The notes under the pieces are model-generated. The model was not told the origin of the DNA. It worked only from the letters and a program-made list of their open reading frames with translations, and searched no databases. Below are positions 37,840-52,402 of a stretch of 64,000 nt of DNA, piece after piece. The stretch is from Octopus vulgaris. Taxonomy: Eukaryota. The DNA is taken from NCBI GenBank assembly GCA_951406725.2, contig OX597834.1, positions 36,580,001 through 36,644,000 on the forward strand, read 5' to 3'. Made by a program: the position numbers and the translations under genes. Within the stretch, counting starts at the first letter, position 1. Every line of letters starts with the position of its first letter.

Positions 37840-38098
37840 ATGTCCTTGCATTGACTTTATGTGATAACCTTAAATGAATGCCATTCATTTTCAAAATCCT
37901 GTGAGAACATGTCTTTGCTGGGGGGAAATGGCACCTTACTTGGTTTGGTGGAAACAGCTGAAGGCTGGTGACAGGAAGAGCATCCAACCATAGACAAATC
38001 TGCCTCAGTAAACTCCATCCGACCCATACCAGCATCTTAAACAATGATGCTGACTGTGATGATGACATATTTATGCATGTCTGTGTGTCTGTACTTGT

Positions 38099-38150
<52 letters not shown>

Positions 38151-39303
38151 AACACACATCCTGCTTGCTACCACCTGACAACAAATGTTGGTTTGTTGCC
38201 ATCCCTGTAAATTAAATTTAATGGCTTAGAAAAAGAGTCTAATAGAATATGTGCCAGTCTCGAAGTCAGGAAACAAAGAAAAAAAAAAGCCCTAAGTCCA
38301 GGGGTCAATTTGTCTGATGAAAAAAAAAGAAAGAAGACAAATATGGTGCTCCAGTAAGGCCAGTCAAAACAAGTAAAAGATGAGGGTTAGAAGATGGGAG
38401 AGTCTTGGACAACATTGCCTATACGCAGAAAGCACCAAGGCAGACCATTCTCCATGCACCGTCTCCCATCCACTCCATCCTCTCTTAGTCTGTAACTCTG
38501 CCACTAAAATGGTACAGCAGCTTCGTATGTAGTTAAGTTAGATTTTGGTAAATGGAAAGAGAGAGAGAGAGAGAAAGAGAGAGATAGATGCTGTTTGAAA
38601 AAAAAGAAATAAAAAGAGGAAAAGAAGGGGAAAAAAATGAAGATTAGAATCTTAGTAATACTGTGAAATGATGCCGAACAAGTATTTTGAAGATAAGATG
38701 AGGAAATTAGATTTCTTTTGGAGAAGGAAAAAAAAAAACCACCCAGTCTCTGCGCAGAGAGGGAGAGAGAGAGAGAGAGAGAGAAAGAGAGATGCTTGGG
38801 TGCATCAGTTTGTAAATATGTATATATATGCCTGCCTGTGTATACATGTATGCATGTATGTATGTATGTATATGTGTGTATACATAAATATATATGTATG
38901 TATGCATGCATATATATATGTATGCACATATATATATATATATATATACACATATATATATATATATGCATATATATATGCATATATATATATATATTCA
39001 CATATGCATATATATACATATATATATATATATACACACACACACAGAGAATCAGACAGGCAGATCTGTAGGTGCATTTATGTGTGTACATATAAACATC
39101 TATGTATATCTATATATGCATACATATATATACACGCGCACACACACACACATCCACAGATTTAGGTAGATATGTGCAGGGGGGTATGCGTGTGTGCACG
39201 CGTGCATATATAACTAAATATACATATATGTGTATAAATTATATATTTACACATATATAATTATATATATATACACACATATATACACACACATATATAT
39301 ATA

Positions 39304-39350
<47 letters not shown>

Positions 39351-40479
39351 CACACACACATACATATGGATGCATGTATTATCATTACAACAGAAAAAAT
39401 AAAACAACCAAATAAAAAGTATATATATATATATATATTTTTTTTTTTTATATAATGTATTAGCTTTTATCGTCCCCGCCCACCTCTTTTACATGTAGAT
39501 TTTATATAAACTTTTCTGTGCTGTGTTTTTTTTTTTTTTTTTTTCGTAACGTAGGTTTTTTTACATAGTCTTATAATCAAATGCGAGACAGCCTCCGTGC
39601 GGTTATCTGACCTATTAGAAATAGCAGTTAAATCTCTTTCAATCTCCAAAGATCTTTAACAAAAAAAAAAAGAAATACAGACACAATAATGTGATCTTAG
39701 TAACTGTTGGCAAGGAGGGGGACTGGGGGGGGGATAATAAAAAAAAAACAAAAAAACAAAGCTTAGTTGCAAATGTAAAGCTCTTTGATCATGGCTGAAC
39801 TGGATCAGAATTTGCCTGGGGTTAAACAACATCGAGAACATAGATTTGTGTCTGCTTTTTGTGATCTGGTTTGGATATTTTTTTAGCATATTTGATTTGT
39901 TACTTCTTTCATTCATTAGAATGTGGCCACGCTGGGGCATCAACCTAAAAGGTTTTTTAGTTGAACAAATTGACTTATTATTATTATTATTATATTGACT
40001 TTATTTATTTTTTTTATAAGTCTGATGTTTATTGTATCATTCTCTTTTGCTGAAGTTACGGGGATGGAAACAAACCGATACATGATATTTGAGGGGAGGG
40101 GTGCAGAAGTGGGCAGAGGGGAAAGAAGCTGGTGGAGGGGGAAGAGGGGGAAGAAGTGGGCAGAGGGGGAAGAGGTGAGCAGAGGAAGGAAGAAGTTGGT
40201 GGAGGGGGAGGAAGTGGGCAGAGAGGGAGGAAGTGGGCGGAAGGAGAAGAAGGGTTCAGAGAAGGGGAACGAACAGACACAGACACAGGCACACACACAC
40301 ACACATAAAGAGAAAGACAGGCTTCCACACAGTTTCCGTCTATCAAATTCACTTGCAAGGCATTGGTCAGCCCGGAGTTATAGTAGAAAGAAAACTTGCC
40401 CAAGATGCCGCACGGTGGAACTGAACCCAAAACCACACGGTTGTTAACCACACAGCATTGCCTGCACCTAACAATTTCA

Positions 40480-40693
40480 TCATCATAACCACCACCCCCA
40501 TTGTCGTCATCATCACCACCACCACCCTTGTCATCATCATCACCACCACCACCACCCTTGTCATCACCACCACCACCACCACCACCTTTGTCATCATCAC
40601 CACCACCCTAGTCATCATCATCACCACCACCACCCTTGTCATCATCATCACCACAAGCACCACCACCACCCTAGTCATCATCATCACCCTCTT

Positions 40694-40720
<27 letters not shown>
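40480..40720. repeat. Higher-order trinucleotide minisatellite cccttgt(cat)n(cac)n
   Basis: The anchor cc(c/t)t(t/a)gtcatc recurs about 7 times at ~24-33-bp spacing. Confidence 0.9.
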
Positions 40721-40725
<5 letters not shown>

Positions 40726-41520
40726 TTAGTGTTTGCTTTCCATGCCGGCATGGGTTAAGGAAGGTTTGACCGAAAACAGGTCAGCTGGAGGGCTGCACCA
40801 GCTTCCAACCTGATGAGGCATGCTTTCTACATCCAGATGTCCTTCCTAATGCCAACCACTCCAAGAGTATAATGGGTGCTTTTTTTTTACCTGCCACCGG
40901 CAGAGGTGGCATTTACCTGACACTAGCAACAGCCCCGACTACAATTTCCCTTGGCTTGGCAACTCTTCTCAAGCACAGTACACCACCAAAGGTCTCGGTC
41001 TTTACCAGTGCCTCTAAAACGATGATCATGTAGCTAGGAATACGTTCGCCCATGTATCCATTTTCGGTGCTATACTAAGGGATACTCTTTTTACTCTTTA
41101 CTCTTTTACTTGTTTCAGTCATTTGACTGCGGCCATGCTGGAGCACCGCCTTTAGTCGAGCAAATCGACCCCGGGACTTATTCTTTGTAAGCCCAGTACT
41201 TATTCTATCAGTCTCTTTTGCTGAACCGCTAAGTGACGGGGAAGTAAACACACCAGCATTGGTTGTCAAGAAATGCTAGGGGGACAAACACAGACACACA
41301 AACATACATATATATATATATAATTAGTGAATGGAAGAAATGGAGCTGAACGAAGATTCTACAGAATTCCTTTTATTACATTCTACACATGTTTCAAAGG
41401 CCACAAATTTCCAAATTCTGATTGAATAAGGATACCATATTTTTCTGCTGTGATTTTTGCTACCCAGGTATCGGTTAAACTTTTGAATAATCCGTAACAA
41501 GATAATTCATCTTTCCATTT

Positions 41521-41576
<56 letters not shown>

Positions 41577-42712
41577 GACAGGCTTCTTTCAGTTTCTGTC
41601 TACCAAATCCACTCACAAGGCATTGGTCGGTCCGGGGCTATAGTAGAAGACACTTGCCCAAGGTGCCACGCAGTGGGACTGAACCCGGAACTATGTGATT
41701 GGTTAGCAAGCTACTTACCACACAGCCACGGTCATATTTTCCCAATCTTTTGCCAATTAAGCACACACACTATGTTTGGTTGTAACTTTCTTAATTGGCA
41801 AAAAATTACTAAAACGTGACCATCCCCAAGTACGACAATATCTGTTTCAACATGTCTTTTGCAAGATCAACAATCTTATTTCTTTACTACCCACAAGGGC
41901 TAAACACAGAGGGGACAAACAAAGACAGACAAACGGATTAAGTCGATTACAACGACCCCAGTGCGTAACTGGTACTTAATTTATCGACTCCCGAAAGCAT
42001 GAAAGGCAAAGTCAACCTCAGCGGAATTTGAACTCAGAACATAACAGCAGACGAAATACCTATTTCTAGACTACACCAAAAGGGGCTAAACACAGAGAGG
42101 ACAAACAAGGACAGACAGATTAAGTCGATTACAACGACCTCAGTGTGTAACTGGTACTTAATATACCGACCCCGAAAGGATGAAAAGGAAAGTTGACCTC
42201 TGTGGAATTTGAACTCAGAACGTAACAGCAGATGAAATACCGCTAAGCATTTCATCCGGTGTGCTAACATTTCTGCCAGCTCACCACCTTCCAAGATCAA
42301 CAATCTTGCAATACACAAATACATAAGCGTAATATTTATTTTTTTTTGGTTTTAAGGTATTATATGACATGAGAGAGAGATATGGTTTTTATTTCTAGCA
42401 TGTCGGCAGACCGCATAGGGGCTGCATGGTTAGTATAAGAAGATGTAGGAAATGGGGTTGGTGGAGCGAAACAGCCTGGAACCGTGACTAAAATCTTACT
42501 CATACATGTTTCACCGAGGATTGACTTCACCAAGCATACCATCACCGCCACCACCACCACTACCACTTGCACGATTACTACAACCACTACTACCTCAACC
42601 AATACCCCCATTACTACTACTATTACCAACACCCCCACCACTACCACCACCAACACGATTACTACTACTACTACTACTACTGCTGCTGCTACTACTACTA
42701 CTACTACTACTG

Positions 42713-42755
<43 letters not shown>

Positions 42756-43900
42756 GATTAATAATAATAATAATAATAATTTCTACCATAGGCACAAGGC
42801 CCAAAATTTGTAGGGAAGGGACTAGTTGATAATATCGACCCCAGTGTTTCACTATTACTTAATTTATTGGCCCTGTAAGGATGAAAAGCAAAGTCAACCT
42901 TGGCAGAATTTGAACTCAGAACATAACGAGGGGTGAAATGCCGCTAAGCATTTCGCCCGGCGTGCTAACAATGCTGCCAGCGCACCGCCTTGGGAAAGAA
43001 AAATACCATCACCACTCTACTAACACCTTTACTTCTAGTTACAACTACTACTACTACTACTAACAATATTACCACCACTAACACCATTACTACAACTACT
43101 ACTACTAATACTACCACCACCACAAACACCACAATTACTACTACTACTGCTGCTGCTGCTACTACTATTACTACTTGCACGATTACTACAACTGTTGCTA
43201 CGACCTTTACTAGTAGCACTAAAATCACAACCACTTCTACTACCACCACCACCACCACCACTACCATCACTTATATCACTGACACTATTATCACGACACT
43301 CCACCCGTCACTACCACTATACAATCATCAATATTACTAACATACTACCACCACCATCACCATCACCACCACCACTGCCACTACCATCGCCATAGCGACA
43401 ACCACAACAGAGCATATCTACTGGGATAAGCAACATAAAACTACGGTCTGGTTTTGATATATTAATAATTTCCTTTATATACACTGGAATGTGTATATAT
43501 GTGTATATATATATGATTGTGTGTTTCTATGCATGCATGTGTGTGCGTATGTGTGTGTGTGTGCATGCATGTGTATGTGTGTGCAATCTGGAAACCATCT
43601 CCATCCTTTAGTCAATCACAGCTGTTATATATCAAACACACACACACAAACACACACGTGCATGTATGCTCACACACACACACACATGCACGCATACATA
43701 CTCTGAAACATGTACATGCAAGCAAGTGCAAACGTACAGACATATACATACGGGCATATATACACACAGGCATTCAGTGACATGCACACAGACACAAAGA
43801 GATGAGTGTACATACATATACATACACTGGCATATGGGCATATACAGGCATATGTACAAACATGTGCACACATGCATACATACATACACACACATACATA

Positions 43901-44048
43901 CACACACCCACACAGACCATACATACACACACCCACACAGACCATACATACACACACCCACACAGACCATACATATACACACCCACACAGACCATTCATA
44001 TACATACCCACACAGACCATACATATACACACCCACACAGACCATACA
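43901..44048. repeat. 25-bp minisatellite x6
   Basis: acccacacagaccat begins at 43906, 43931, 43956, 43981, 44006 and 44031. Confidence 0.95.
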
Positions 44049-44945
44049 GACACATAGAGACATACATATGCAGAGAGATGTGATCACGCACACACGCACA
44101 GGGATATATGTACACACACATGCACACATAGACATAGAAATACACACACACACAAACACATATGTACACACACATGTGCATGGACATACACACACACACA
44201 CACACACACAGACGTAGATCCACAAACACACACACACACACGTATGTAGGATTATTCCACAGCTGGAACAGACTGGACGATGGAGAGATGATGTGTATTA
44301 TTTCTAAAGAAAGACTTCATTCCCCACCCTGCTGACTCAGTTAAACAACCTGCCTACCTTCATAATGACCCCCACCATCAAACACTACACTAGTAATCCA
44401 AACACACTTCACCCTCACTCCACTTGCAAAACCCCACCAACCAACCAACCAACTACAAAACCATTTTAAACTCACCCAGAAAATATGGCTTTATGAAATA
44501 CTTAAACCTTTTGTTACCATATTTCTGTTGTATGGCATTGCTTTAATCCTTTAGAAGTTAGATTATTCTGCCAAAATTATCATCATCATCATCATCTAAC
44601 ATCCATTTTCCATGCTGGCATGGGTTAGAAGGATTCACAGAAAACTGATAATCTGGGGAGCTGAACCAGGTCCCAATCTGATCTAGAATGGTTTCTACAG
44701 CTGGATGCCCTTCCTAACACCAACCACTCCAAGAGTGTAATTGATGCTTTTTACATACCTATTTCTTTACTACCCACAAGGGGCTAAACACAGAGAGGAC
44801 AAACAAGGACAGACAAACAGATTTAGTCGATCACATTGACCCCAGTGCGTAACTGGTACTTATTTAATCGGCCCCGAAAGGATGAAAGGCAAAGTTGACC
44901 TCGGCGGAATTTGAACGCAGAACGTAAAGACAGTCGAAATACCCT

Positions 44946-45200
44946 GAGTGGAAGTGGGGGTGAACGATTTGTGGCTGGATGGACTTAAGATGAGTGGAAG
45001 TGTGAGTGTGGGATGAGTGGAAGTGGGAGTATAGGATGAGTGGAAGTGGGAGTATAGGATAAGTGGAAGTGGGAGTATAGGAGGAGTGGAAATGTGAGTG
45101 TAGGGTGAGTGGAAGTGGGAGTGAAGGATTTGTGGCTGGATGGATTTAAGATGAGTGGAAGAAGATGAGTGTAACAGTTGATGTAGTTGAGTGGAAGTAC
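44946..45200. repeat. 23-bp G-rich minisatellite (gagtggaagtgggagtataggat) with a ~160-bp higher-order repeat
   Basis: Direct reading; gatttgtggctggatgga-ttaagat appears twice. It abuts a truncated SINE A (44760-44943, -). Confidence 0.9.
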
Positions 45201-46554
45201 AGGTGTAAACCAAGTGGAGGGGTGGTTTTAGATGAGTGATCACTCAGGGATGTAGTCGAATGGAAAAGTGCAAATGTAAAGTGTAGAAGAGTTGACATAG
45301 GCCGAATGAAAGCATGGCTGATGAAACATCAATACAGAATGAGTGTAAGATAAGCTGAGGTATATGCGTGTAGAAGAGTAAAGTGGTTAACGAGAGCAAT
45401 AGAAGACGTAAAAATAAAAATAAATATATTATAAAAAGAAAAAAGTACGAACAAAAAATAAATACAAGTGAGGGGGTGGTGGTGGTGGTGGTTAAAAGAT
45501 TGAATCATTAGCCAAGTATCTTCCATTGTGGTTACTTTTTGTTTGTTTTGTCTTTTGTTTCGTTTTTTTTTATTTTCTTTTGCTTTTTATCTAAAATTAA
45601 ATTAAATTGACACGATTGTAGATGCAGAGAGTTGCAAAGTCACGCATTTCCAGCTGAGAAGTCAAGTATCTTATTAACCATGGGGCACCAGCGATATGCT
45701 TATATCACATGTAAGAATTCCTGATCAGACACAGCTCTGAATATTAACGAATTATCTCTAATTTACTCTCTGCAATTAATGAATCTCAGTATCTCAGAAG
45801 CACACTCAAGAGTCACATTACAATACGTTTAATTTTTTTTTTTTCATCTTTTATTTTTCAAAAGTAGGGCGTGGCTGTATGGTTAAGCAGCTTCCTTCTC
45901 AATCACATGGTCTTGGATTCAGTCCCACTGCATGGCACCTTGGGCAAGTGTCTTCTACTATAACCTTGGGCTGACCAAAGCCTTGTGAGTGGGTTTGGAA
46001 AACGGAAACTGAAAGAAGCCCGTCATATATCGTCATCATCATCATCTTTGTTTAACGTCCGTTTTCCATGCTGGCATGGATTGGACGGTTCAAATGGGGT
46101 CTGGGAATCAAGTAGGCTGCACCAGGCTCCAGTTTGATCTGGCAAAGTTTCTAAAACTGGATGCCCTTCCTAACACCAACCACTCCAAGAGTGTAGTGGC
46201 TGCTTTTTATGTGCCACTGGCACAGGGGTCAGAGGGGGCTGGCAACTACCACGATCGGTTGATGCTTTTTATGTGCCACCAGCATGGAAGCCAGTCAAAG
46301 CGGCACTGGCTTCAGCCACGTTCAGATGGTGCTTTTTACGCGCCACAGGCACGGGGATCACAACTACAATTTCCATTTTATTTTGGTTTTCATTTACTTG
46401 ACTCAATAGGTCTCCTCAAGCATGGTGTATCACCCATATTCAAAAATTAGAGAATGGAGTAGATAAAATCCAGGTTTCTGGGCAAGAGTCTGCTACTAAT
46501 GCCTTTGGCTGACCAAAGTCTTGTGAGTGGAATTGGTAGATGGAAACGTATTAT

Positions 46555-47143
46555 TCATCATCATCATCATCATCGTTTAAACGTCCGTTTTCCGCGCTAG
46601 CACGGGTTGGACGGTTTCGACCGAGGTCTGGGGAGCCAGGGGCTGCCCCAGGTTCCAGTCTGGTCTGGCAGTGTTTCTACAGCTGGATGCCCTTCCTAAC
46701 GCCAACCACTCCGTGAGTGTAGTGGGTGCTTTTTACGTGCCACCTGCACAGGTGCCAGAGGGGTCTGGCATCGGCCACGGTCGGTTGGTGCTTTTTATGT
46801 GCCACCTGCACAGAAGCCAGTCGAGGCGGTGCTGGCATCGGCCACGTTCGGATGGTGCTTTTTATGTGGGGATGGGGTGCAGAAATATAGGGGAGCACCA
46901 GTGGGGAGGGGTGTTCGGAGTGTTCATGTACTTGACTCAACAGGTCTCCTCAAGCACAGCGGGACGATCTGGGATCCGGGGTACTTTGAATGGGCAGGGG
47001 CTATGCGGAACTGATGCAGGAAGCAGCCCGGGTCTTTGCAGTCACAGCATATCTCCAGAGATCTCGGTCCTTCGCCATTGCCTCAGTGAGGCCCAACACT
47101 CTGAGGTCATGCTTGACTGCCTCATCCCATGTCTTCCTGGGTC
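46555..47143 (-). mobile_element. 5'-truncated RTE LINE (ORF C-terminus, 3' UTR, (GAT)n tail)
   Basis: Minus frame RPRKTWDEAVKHDLRVLGLTEAMAKDRDLWRYAVTAKTR is the RTE C-terminal GRP..W / DR..WR signature. Confidence 0.9.
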
Positions 47144-47350
47144 TATTATTATTTATTTTTTTTGTTCAGAAAGTCATACTTTCTTAGAAATTCACCCCGT
47201 CATTAACGACTAAGTAAATTGCTTTAACCTAATTATGCGTCCAAAACCAGGATCTCTCTCTCTCTCTTCCTTCGCTGTCCTCCCTCTTTCTCTCACTTTC
47301 TCTAATTCTCCAATTCTGACTATCTCTCTGTCTCTCTCTCACACACACAC
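47144..47350. repeat. Dispersed duplicate of 50372-50590
   Basis: The ~90-bp core gttcagaaagtcatac...gcgtccaaaaccaggatc is identical in both places. Confidence 0.92.
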
Positions 47351-48392
47351 ATGTGCATAAGGCACACACGCATACACACACATACCACATCTACTCAGAC
47401 ACCCACATATGTGTGTGTCTTTGTCCCCCACCACCACCTGACAACCCATGTTAGTTTGTTTACATCCACCGTAACTTAGCATTTCAGCAAAATAGACCAA
47501 AAGAATAAGCACCAAATTTAGAAAAAAAAAGAACTGGGGTCTATTCTTTTGACTAAAAATTTTTCAAGACAGTGCCCCAGCATGGCCGCAGACTAATAAC
47601 TGAAAAAGGTAACAGGTAAAAATATGTACACACACAACGTGGTTCATTAATCTATCTCTCATTCTTTGGTGTTAATTATGTCTTTTGTTAACTTGTTACT
47701 TCAATTTCAATAAAGAATTAATTAACTTATTTCCTATTTCCTTTCTTTCTTTATCAACTCTGTCGCTTGGTTGTTGTTGTTGTTGTTGTTGCTGTTAGTC
47801 TAGTCTGGCGGTAGACTGGTTGTGTTAATGAATGAAAATATGTTGTGTCTTGGGCTGCATGCAGAAGTAATTGAATAACACCCCACGAACAATTAACAGA
47901 AGATTTATCACATACAAAGACAAACTACGTTGGCCTGTTGCAAATAACAAGCAAAAATTACATACAAGGAGAAAGAGAAATACTACTTGAAGTTTACAGC
48001 AAGCTGTTCATACAGCAATATCAGGTTTGCCCGGTATAACTGGAAACAATTGTGCTGTATTTGTGGTGTCAGATCTTCCTTTCATCTATCTGTGCCATTT
48101 GTCTTAGCTGTTTTCCTGGGTTGTCTGGCTGTAAAAACCCACACCATCTGGTGTCTTAAGAACTGAGAATCATATCGTAGTTACCTCAACGATCTGCAAT
48201 TACTGCCGAAAGTGGCCTTTTATAGGGTGTAAGAAGAAGATTCTAGAAGATGGAATCTTGATGCTGACAGATTGCTTTAACAGACCGATCATGTGAAACC
48301 ATTGTGGTTTGGTCGTAATGTCTGACCAAGTATCTAGAGACTTGGTTTTGAATCCTTGCTTACAACTTTTGGTTGGGTAGGATTTAAATAAC

Positions 48393-48830
48393 AACAAGAG
48401 CACTCAGAGAGTGCAAACCTTCACGAAAGCAACACCAACATCCTCTCAACGATTAACAAAAGATGATTTTTTAAAATGAGAATATCTGAAATAAACTCGA
48501 TTGCTCTCGCAAATGAGAATACTAAAAATGAACCCGACCGCTCTCAAAGATTAAGTAAAAAAACCAGAAAAATAATCCAGTTTATATAAGGGAGATAATC
48601 AGAGAAAGACTTGAAAGTCAACGTAATATCATAATACTTCATGTAAAATAAAATAAATATAACAAATAATCCAGAATCCTTGTCTGGTACCAGATTGATC
48701 CCAAAATCTAATCAGTTCGGGCCAGTCACAAGGCCAAACATCTTTGATAGTTTCATCCGAATCCATCCAGCAAAACAAACAAACATCACTGAAAACAATA
48801 CCTCCATCTTTGCTAAGGCAGAGGTAATAA
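48393..48830 (-). mobile_element. DINE-1/HINE-like (Helentron-associated) non-autonomous element
   Basis: The minus strand starts TTATTACCTCTGCC with a nearby inverted partner GGAGGTA, followed by (GTTT)n. The far end has a decayed subterminal IR and the hairpin GCACTC-aga-GAGTGC. Confidence 0.65.
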
Positions 48831-49454
48831 GAATTACTTGTATCATCATCATCATCATCATAATTGTAAAGGCAGCAAGCTGGCTGAATCATGAGCACAT
48901 CAGACAATCCATCAACTTTACATTCTGTGTTTAGATCCAACCAAGGTCAACTTAGTCTTTCGTCCTTTTGGGGGTCGATAAAACACATACCAGTTGAGCA
49001 TTGGGGGTCAATGTAACTAACTAGTTCCTCCCCTCAAACTATCAGGCCCTGGGCCTATGGCAGAAAGTTATTAACCTACTTCGTCAGTGACTTTTTTTGG
49101 AGAAAACGTTTCATTTTCAGCCGAATTTTTTTTTTGCTTTTTTTTTATTTTTACAGTATTTTCAATGCTAATTATGGAAATAACTTTTATTTTTAATTAA
49201 ATAATAAGGGTAGAAATTAATATTAAATAATACCAATTTGAGAAGGAGACAAGGAGACAGCAGGATAGAGATAGTGGCATAATGATGGGCATACTCACAG
49301 AGTATAGATGAGATGGTTGGGTAAAGGAAGAGAGAGATACAGACAGTGGCAATAACTTCAGTACCAGTGAGATACTGGTGTTCGATGTAATTGACTAGTC
49401 CTCTCCCCTAAAATTTCAGGTCTTGTGCCTAGAGTAGAAAGGATTGTTGTTGTT

Positions 49455-49688
49455 AAGGCGGCGAGCTGGCAGAAACGTTAGCACACCGGGCGAAGTGCTT
49501 AGCGGTATTTGGTCTGCCATTACGTTTTGAGTTCAAATTCTGCCGAGGTCAACTTTGCCTTTGATCCTTTCGGAGTCAATAAATTAAGTACCAGTTATGC
49601 ACTGGGGTTGATGTAATCGACTTAATTCGTTTGTCTGTCCTTGTTTGTCCCTTCTGTGTTTAGCCCCTTGTGGGTAGTAAAGAAATAG
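49455..49688 (+). mobile_element. tRNA-derived SINE family A, tail type 1
   Basis: aggcggcgagctggcagaaacgttagc...gtttagccccttgtgggtagtaaagaaata. Other copies: 795-892(-), 41878-42062(-), 42070-42290(-), 59523-59741(-). Confidence 0.92.
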
Positions 49689-49705
49689 TTATTATTATTA
49701 TTATT

Positions 49706-50038
49706 GCTATCTTTTTTTTTCCTCTTCTTTCAAATTTGCTTCCATTTCTTGCCGAGTGTCTTCTCGACTCCTAGGGCAAAGAAACTCATAGTATACATTG
49801 GTAGGCCATTAAACTAAACTCACTAGTTCGTTCATTTTTTTTTTTTTTAAAGTTAAATTAAAATACATGGGTAGTAATAGTTCTCACATCGACAATGCTC
49901 TTCTCAATACGTGTGATGTACCAGTTAAGACAATCTTTTGCACTTCTTGCAGGGATGGTAAGCCAGGGATCATTCTCATATAATTTTCGGTTCCCTTCTT
50001 GATCATTCCTAGTGCTCCTACAATCACTGGTATTGTTA
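49706..50038 (-). mobile_element. R4/Dong-clade retrotransposon 3' end (second subfamily)
   Basis: TIPVIVGALGMIKKGTENYMRMIPGLPSLQEVQKIVLTGTSHVLRRALSM* plus 3' UTR; (ATT)n on both sides. Confidence 0.88.
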
Positions 50039-50084
<46 letters not shown>

Positions 50085-50939
50085 TACTATTACTACTACT
50101 ACTACTACGAATGCCAAATATTTTAAGAAAAAGGTGTAAGATACTGCAACTGGATTTTTAAAATATTGATTTCAGAACAAAATGGATGTCTTAGCTTTTT
50201 TTTTTTTTTACAATATTGTAAAACTGAAGAAACTTCTCATATTATTAAAGAAAAGAAAATAATTAAAAAACACAAAAAAAACAATCGGGTATGAATAATA
50301 ACAAGACAAACCAACAAAACAAAAATGAATGACTGACAAATATCAAGACTATTTTCTTTCCCTATTATTATTATTATTATTTATTTTTTTTTTGTTCAGA
50401 AAGTCATACTTTCTTAGAAATTCACCCCGTCATTAACGACTAAGTAAATTGCTTTAACCTAATTATGCGTCCAAAACCAGGATCTCTCTCTCTCTTTCTC
50501 TCTTCCTTCGCTGTCCTCCCTCTTTCTCTCACTTTCTTTCACTCTTCATTCTCTAATTCTGACTCTCTCTCTCTCTCACACACACACACACAGACACACT
50601 ACCATGCTCCCATTCACACACCCTCTCTCTCTCTCACACACACACACACATCAGATACCCACACCCTGTTTCTCTCTCCTTCTTACACCACCTTCATATC
50701 TCTCTTTCACAACTTCTCTTCCTCTCTCTTTCTCGTATAAACCAAGTTTCTTTCTCTCTAATACACACCACTATCTCTTTCTTTCCACCATACACCAGTC
50801 TTCATTCACACACATACTTCTCTCTCTCCCATATGCATACACACAAACACACCACTCCTTCCTGTCTTCTTCCCTTACCAGTTCTCTCTTCTGGCACACA
50901 TCTCCCTTTCTCCCTTATGTATCTATTACTCCTCCCTTT

Positions 50940-51213
50940 TATCTATCTATTTGTCTGTCTATCTATCTATCTATCTATCTGTCTGTCTGTCTGTCCATCT
51001 ATCTATCTATCTATATGTCTATCTATTTATCTATCTATGTATCTGTCTATCTATTTATCTATCTATGTATCTGTCTATCTCTTTATCTATCTATCTGTGT
51101 GTGTCTGTCTGTCTATCTCTCTCTATCTATCTATCTATCTATCTATCTGTGTGTCTGTCTATCTATCTATCTATCTATCTATCTACCTACCTACCTATCT
51201 ACCTACCTACCTA

Positions 51214-51284
<71 letters not shown>

Positions 51285-51325
51285 GTCTATCTATCTATCT
51301 ATCTGTGTGTCTGTCTATCTACCTA
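50940..51325. repeat. (CTAT)n/(CTGT)n/(CTAC)n microsatellite
   Basis: Direct reading. Confidence 0.97.
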
Positions 51326-51561
51326 TCTCTTCCTCTCTCCCCCCCTTCTCTCCCGCTTGACATATATTCAAATGAGGAGAAAGTTACACCCTGTAATTTA
51401 TTAAATTTTATTCAAGACAACACAGGAGTGAGTCAGATTACAATGAATTACTTTGTCGGTTTTTTAACAATAAGGCAAACAAAAATGACACCACCACCAC
51501 CACCACCAGCAACAGCAACAACAACAGCAACAGAACTAACAATGATATCACTAATGATGAT

Positions 51562-51592
<31 letters not shown>

Positions 51593-51957
51593 CTAACAAT
51601 GATAATAACTACAACAATATCAGGTTTACTAACAACACCACCACCACAAACACCAACAATAACAACAGTATCATAACACTACACATCACTGACAACAATG
51701 ACATCAATAATAGTCATCATCATCATTATCATTTAACGTCCATTTTCCATGCTGGCATGGGTTGGATGGTTTGACTGGAGCTGATGAGCTGTGGGGGTGG
51801 GGCTGCACCAGATTCCAGTCTTCTGATTTGGCATGGTTTCTACAGCTGGATGCCCTTCCTAACGGCAACCACTCCTGAGGCTATAGCAGAAGGCACTTGC
51901 CCAAAGTGCCACGCAGTGGGACTGAGCCCAGATCCATGTTATTAAGAAAGAAATCTC

Positions 51958-52102
51958 AGGCGCAGGAGTGGCTGTGTGGTAAGTAGCTTGCTAACCAACC
52001 ACACGGTTCCGGGTTCAGTCCCACTGCGTGGCATCTTGGGCAAGTGTCTTCTGCTATAGTCTCGGGTCGACCAATGCCTGAAAAAAGCCTGTCGTATATA
52101 TG

Positions 52103-52133
<31 letters not shown>

Positions 52134-52371
52134 TTGTGTGTCTGTGTTTGTCCCCCTAGCATTGCCTGACAACCAATGCTGGTGTGTTTACGTCCCCGTC
52201 ACTTAGCAGCAAAAGAGACCGATAGAATAAGTACTGGGCTTACAAAGAATAAGTTCCGGGGTCGATTTGCTCGACTAAAGGCAGTGCTCCAGCATGGCCG
52301 CAGTCAAATGACTGAAACAAGTAAAGGAGTAAAGAATAAAGAGTTACCACACACTTACACCTGAGTCTATA

Positions 52372-52402
<31 letters not shown>

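Noticed and set aside
45646-45710. Plus-strand exon-like segment
   Set aside because: Isolated with modest signals; it shows that such patterns can arise by chance.
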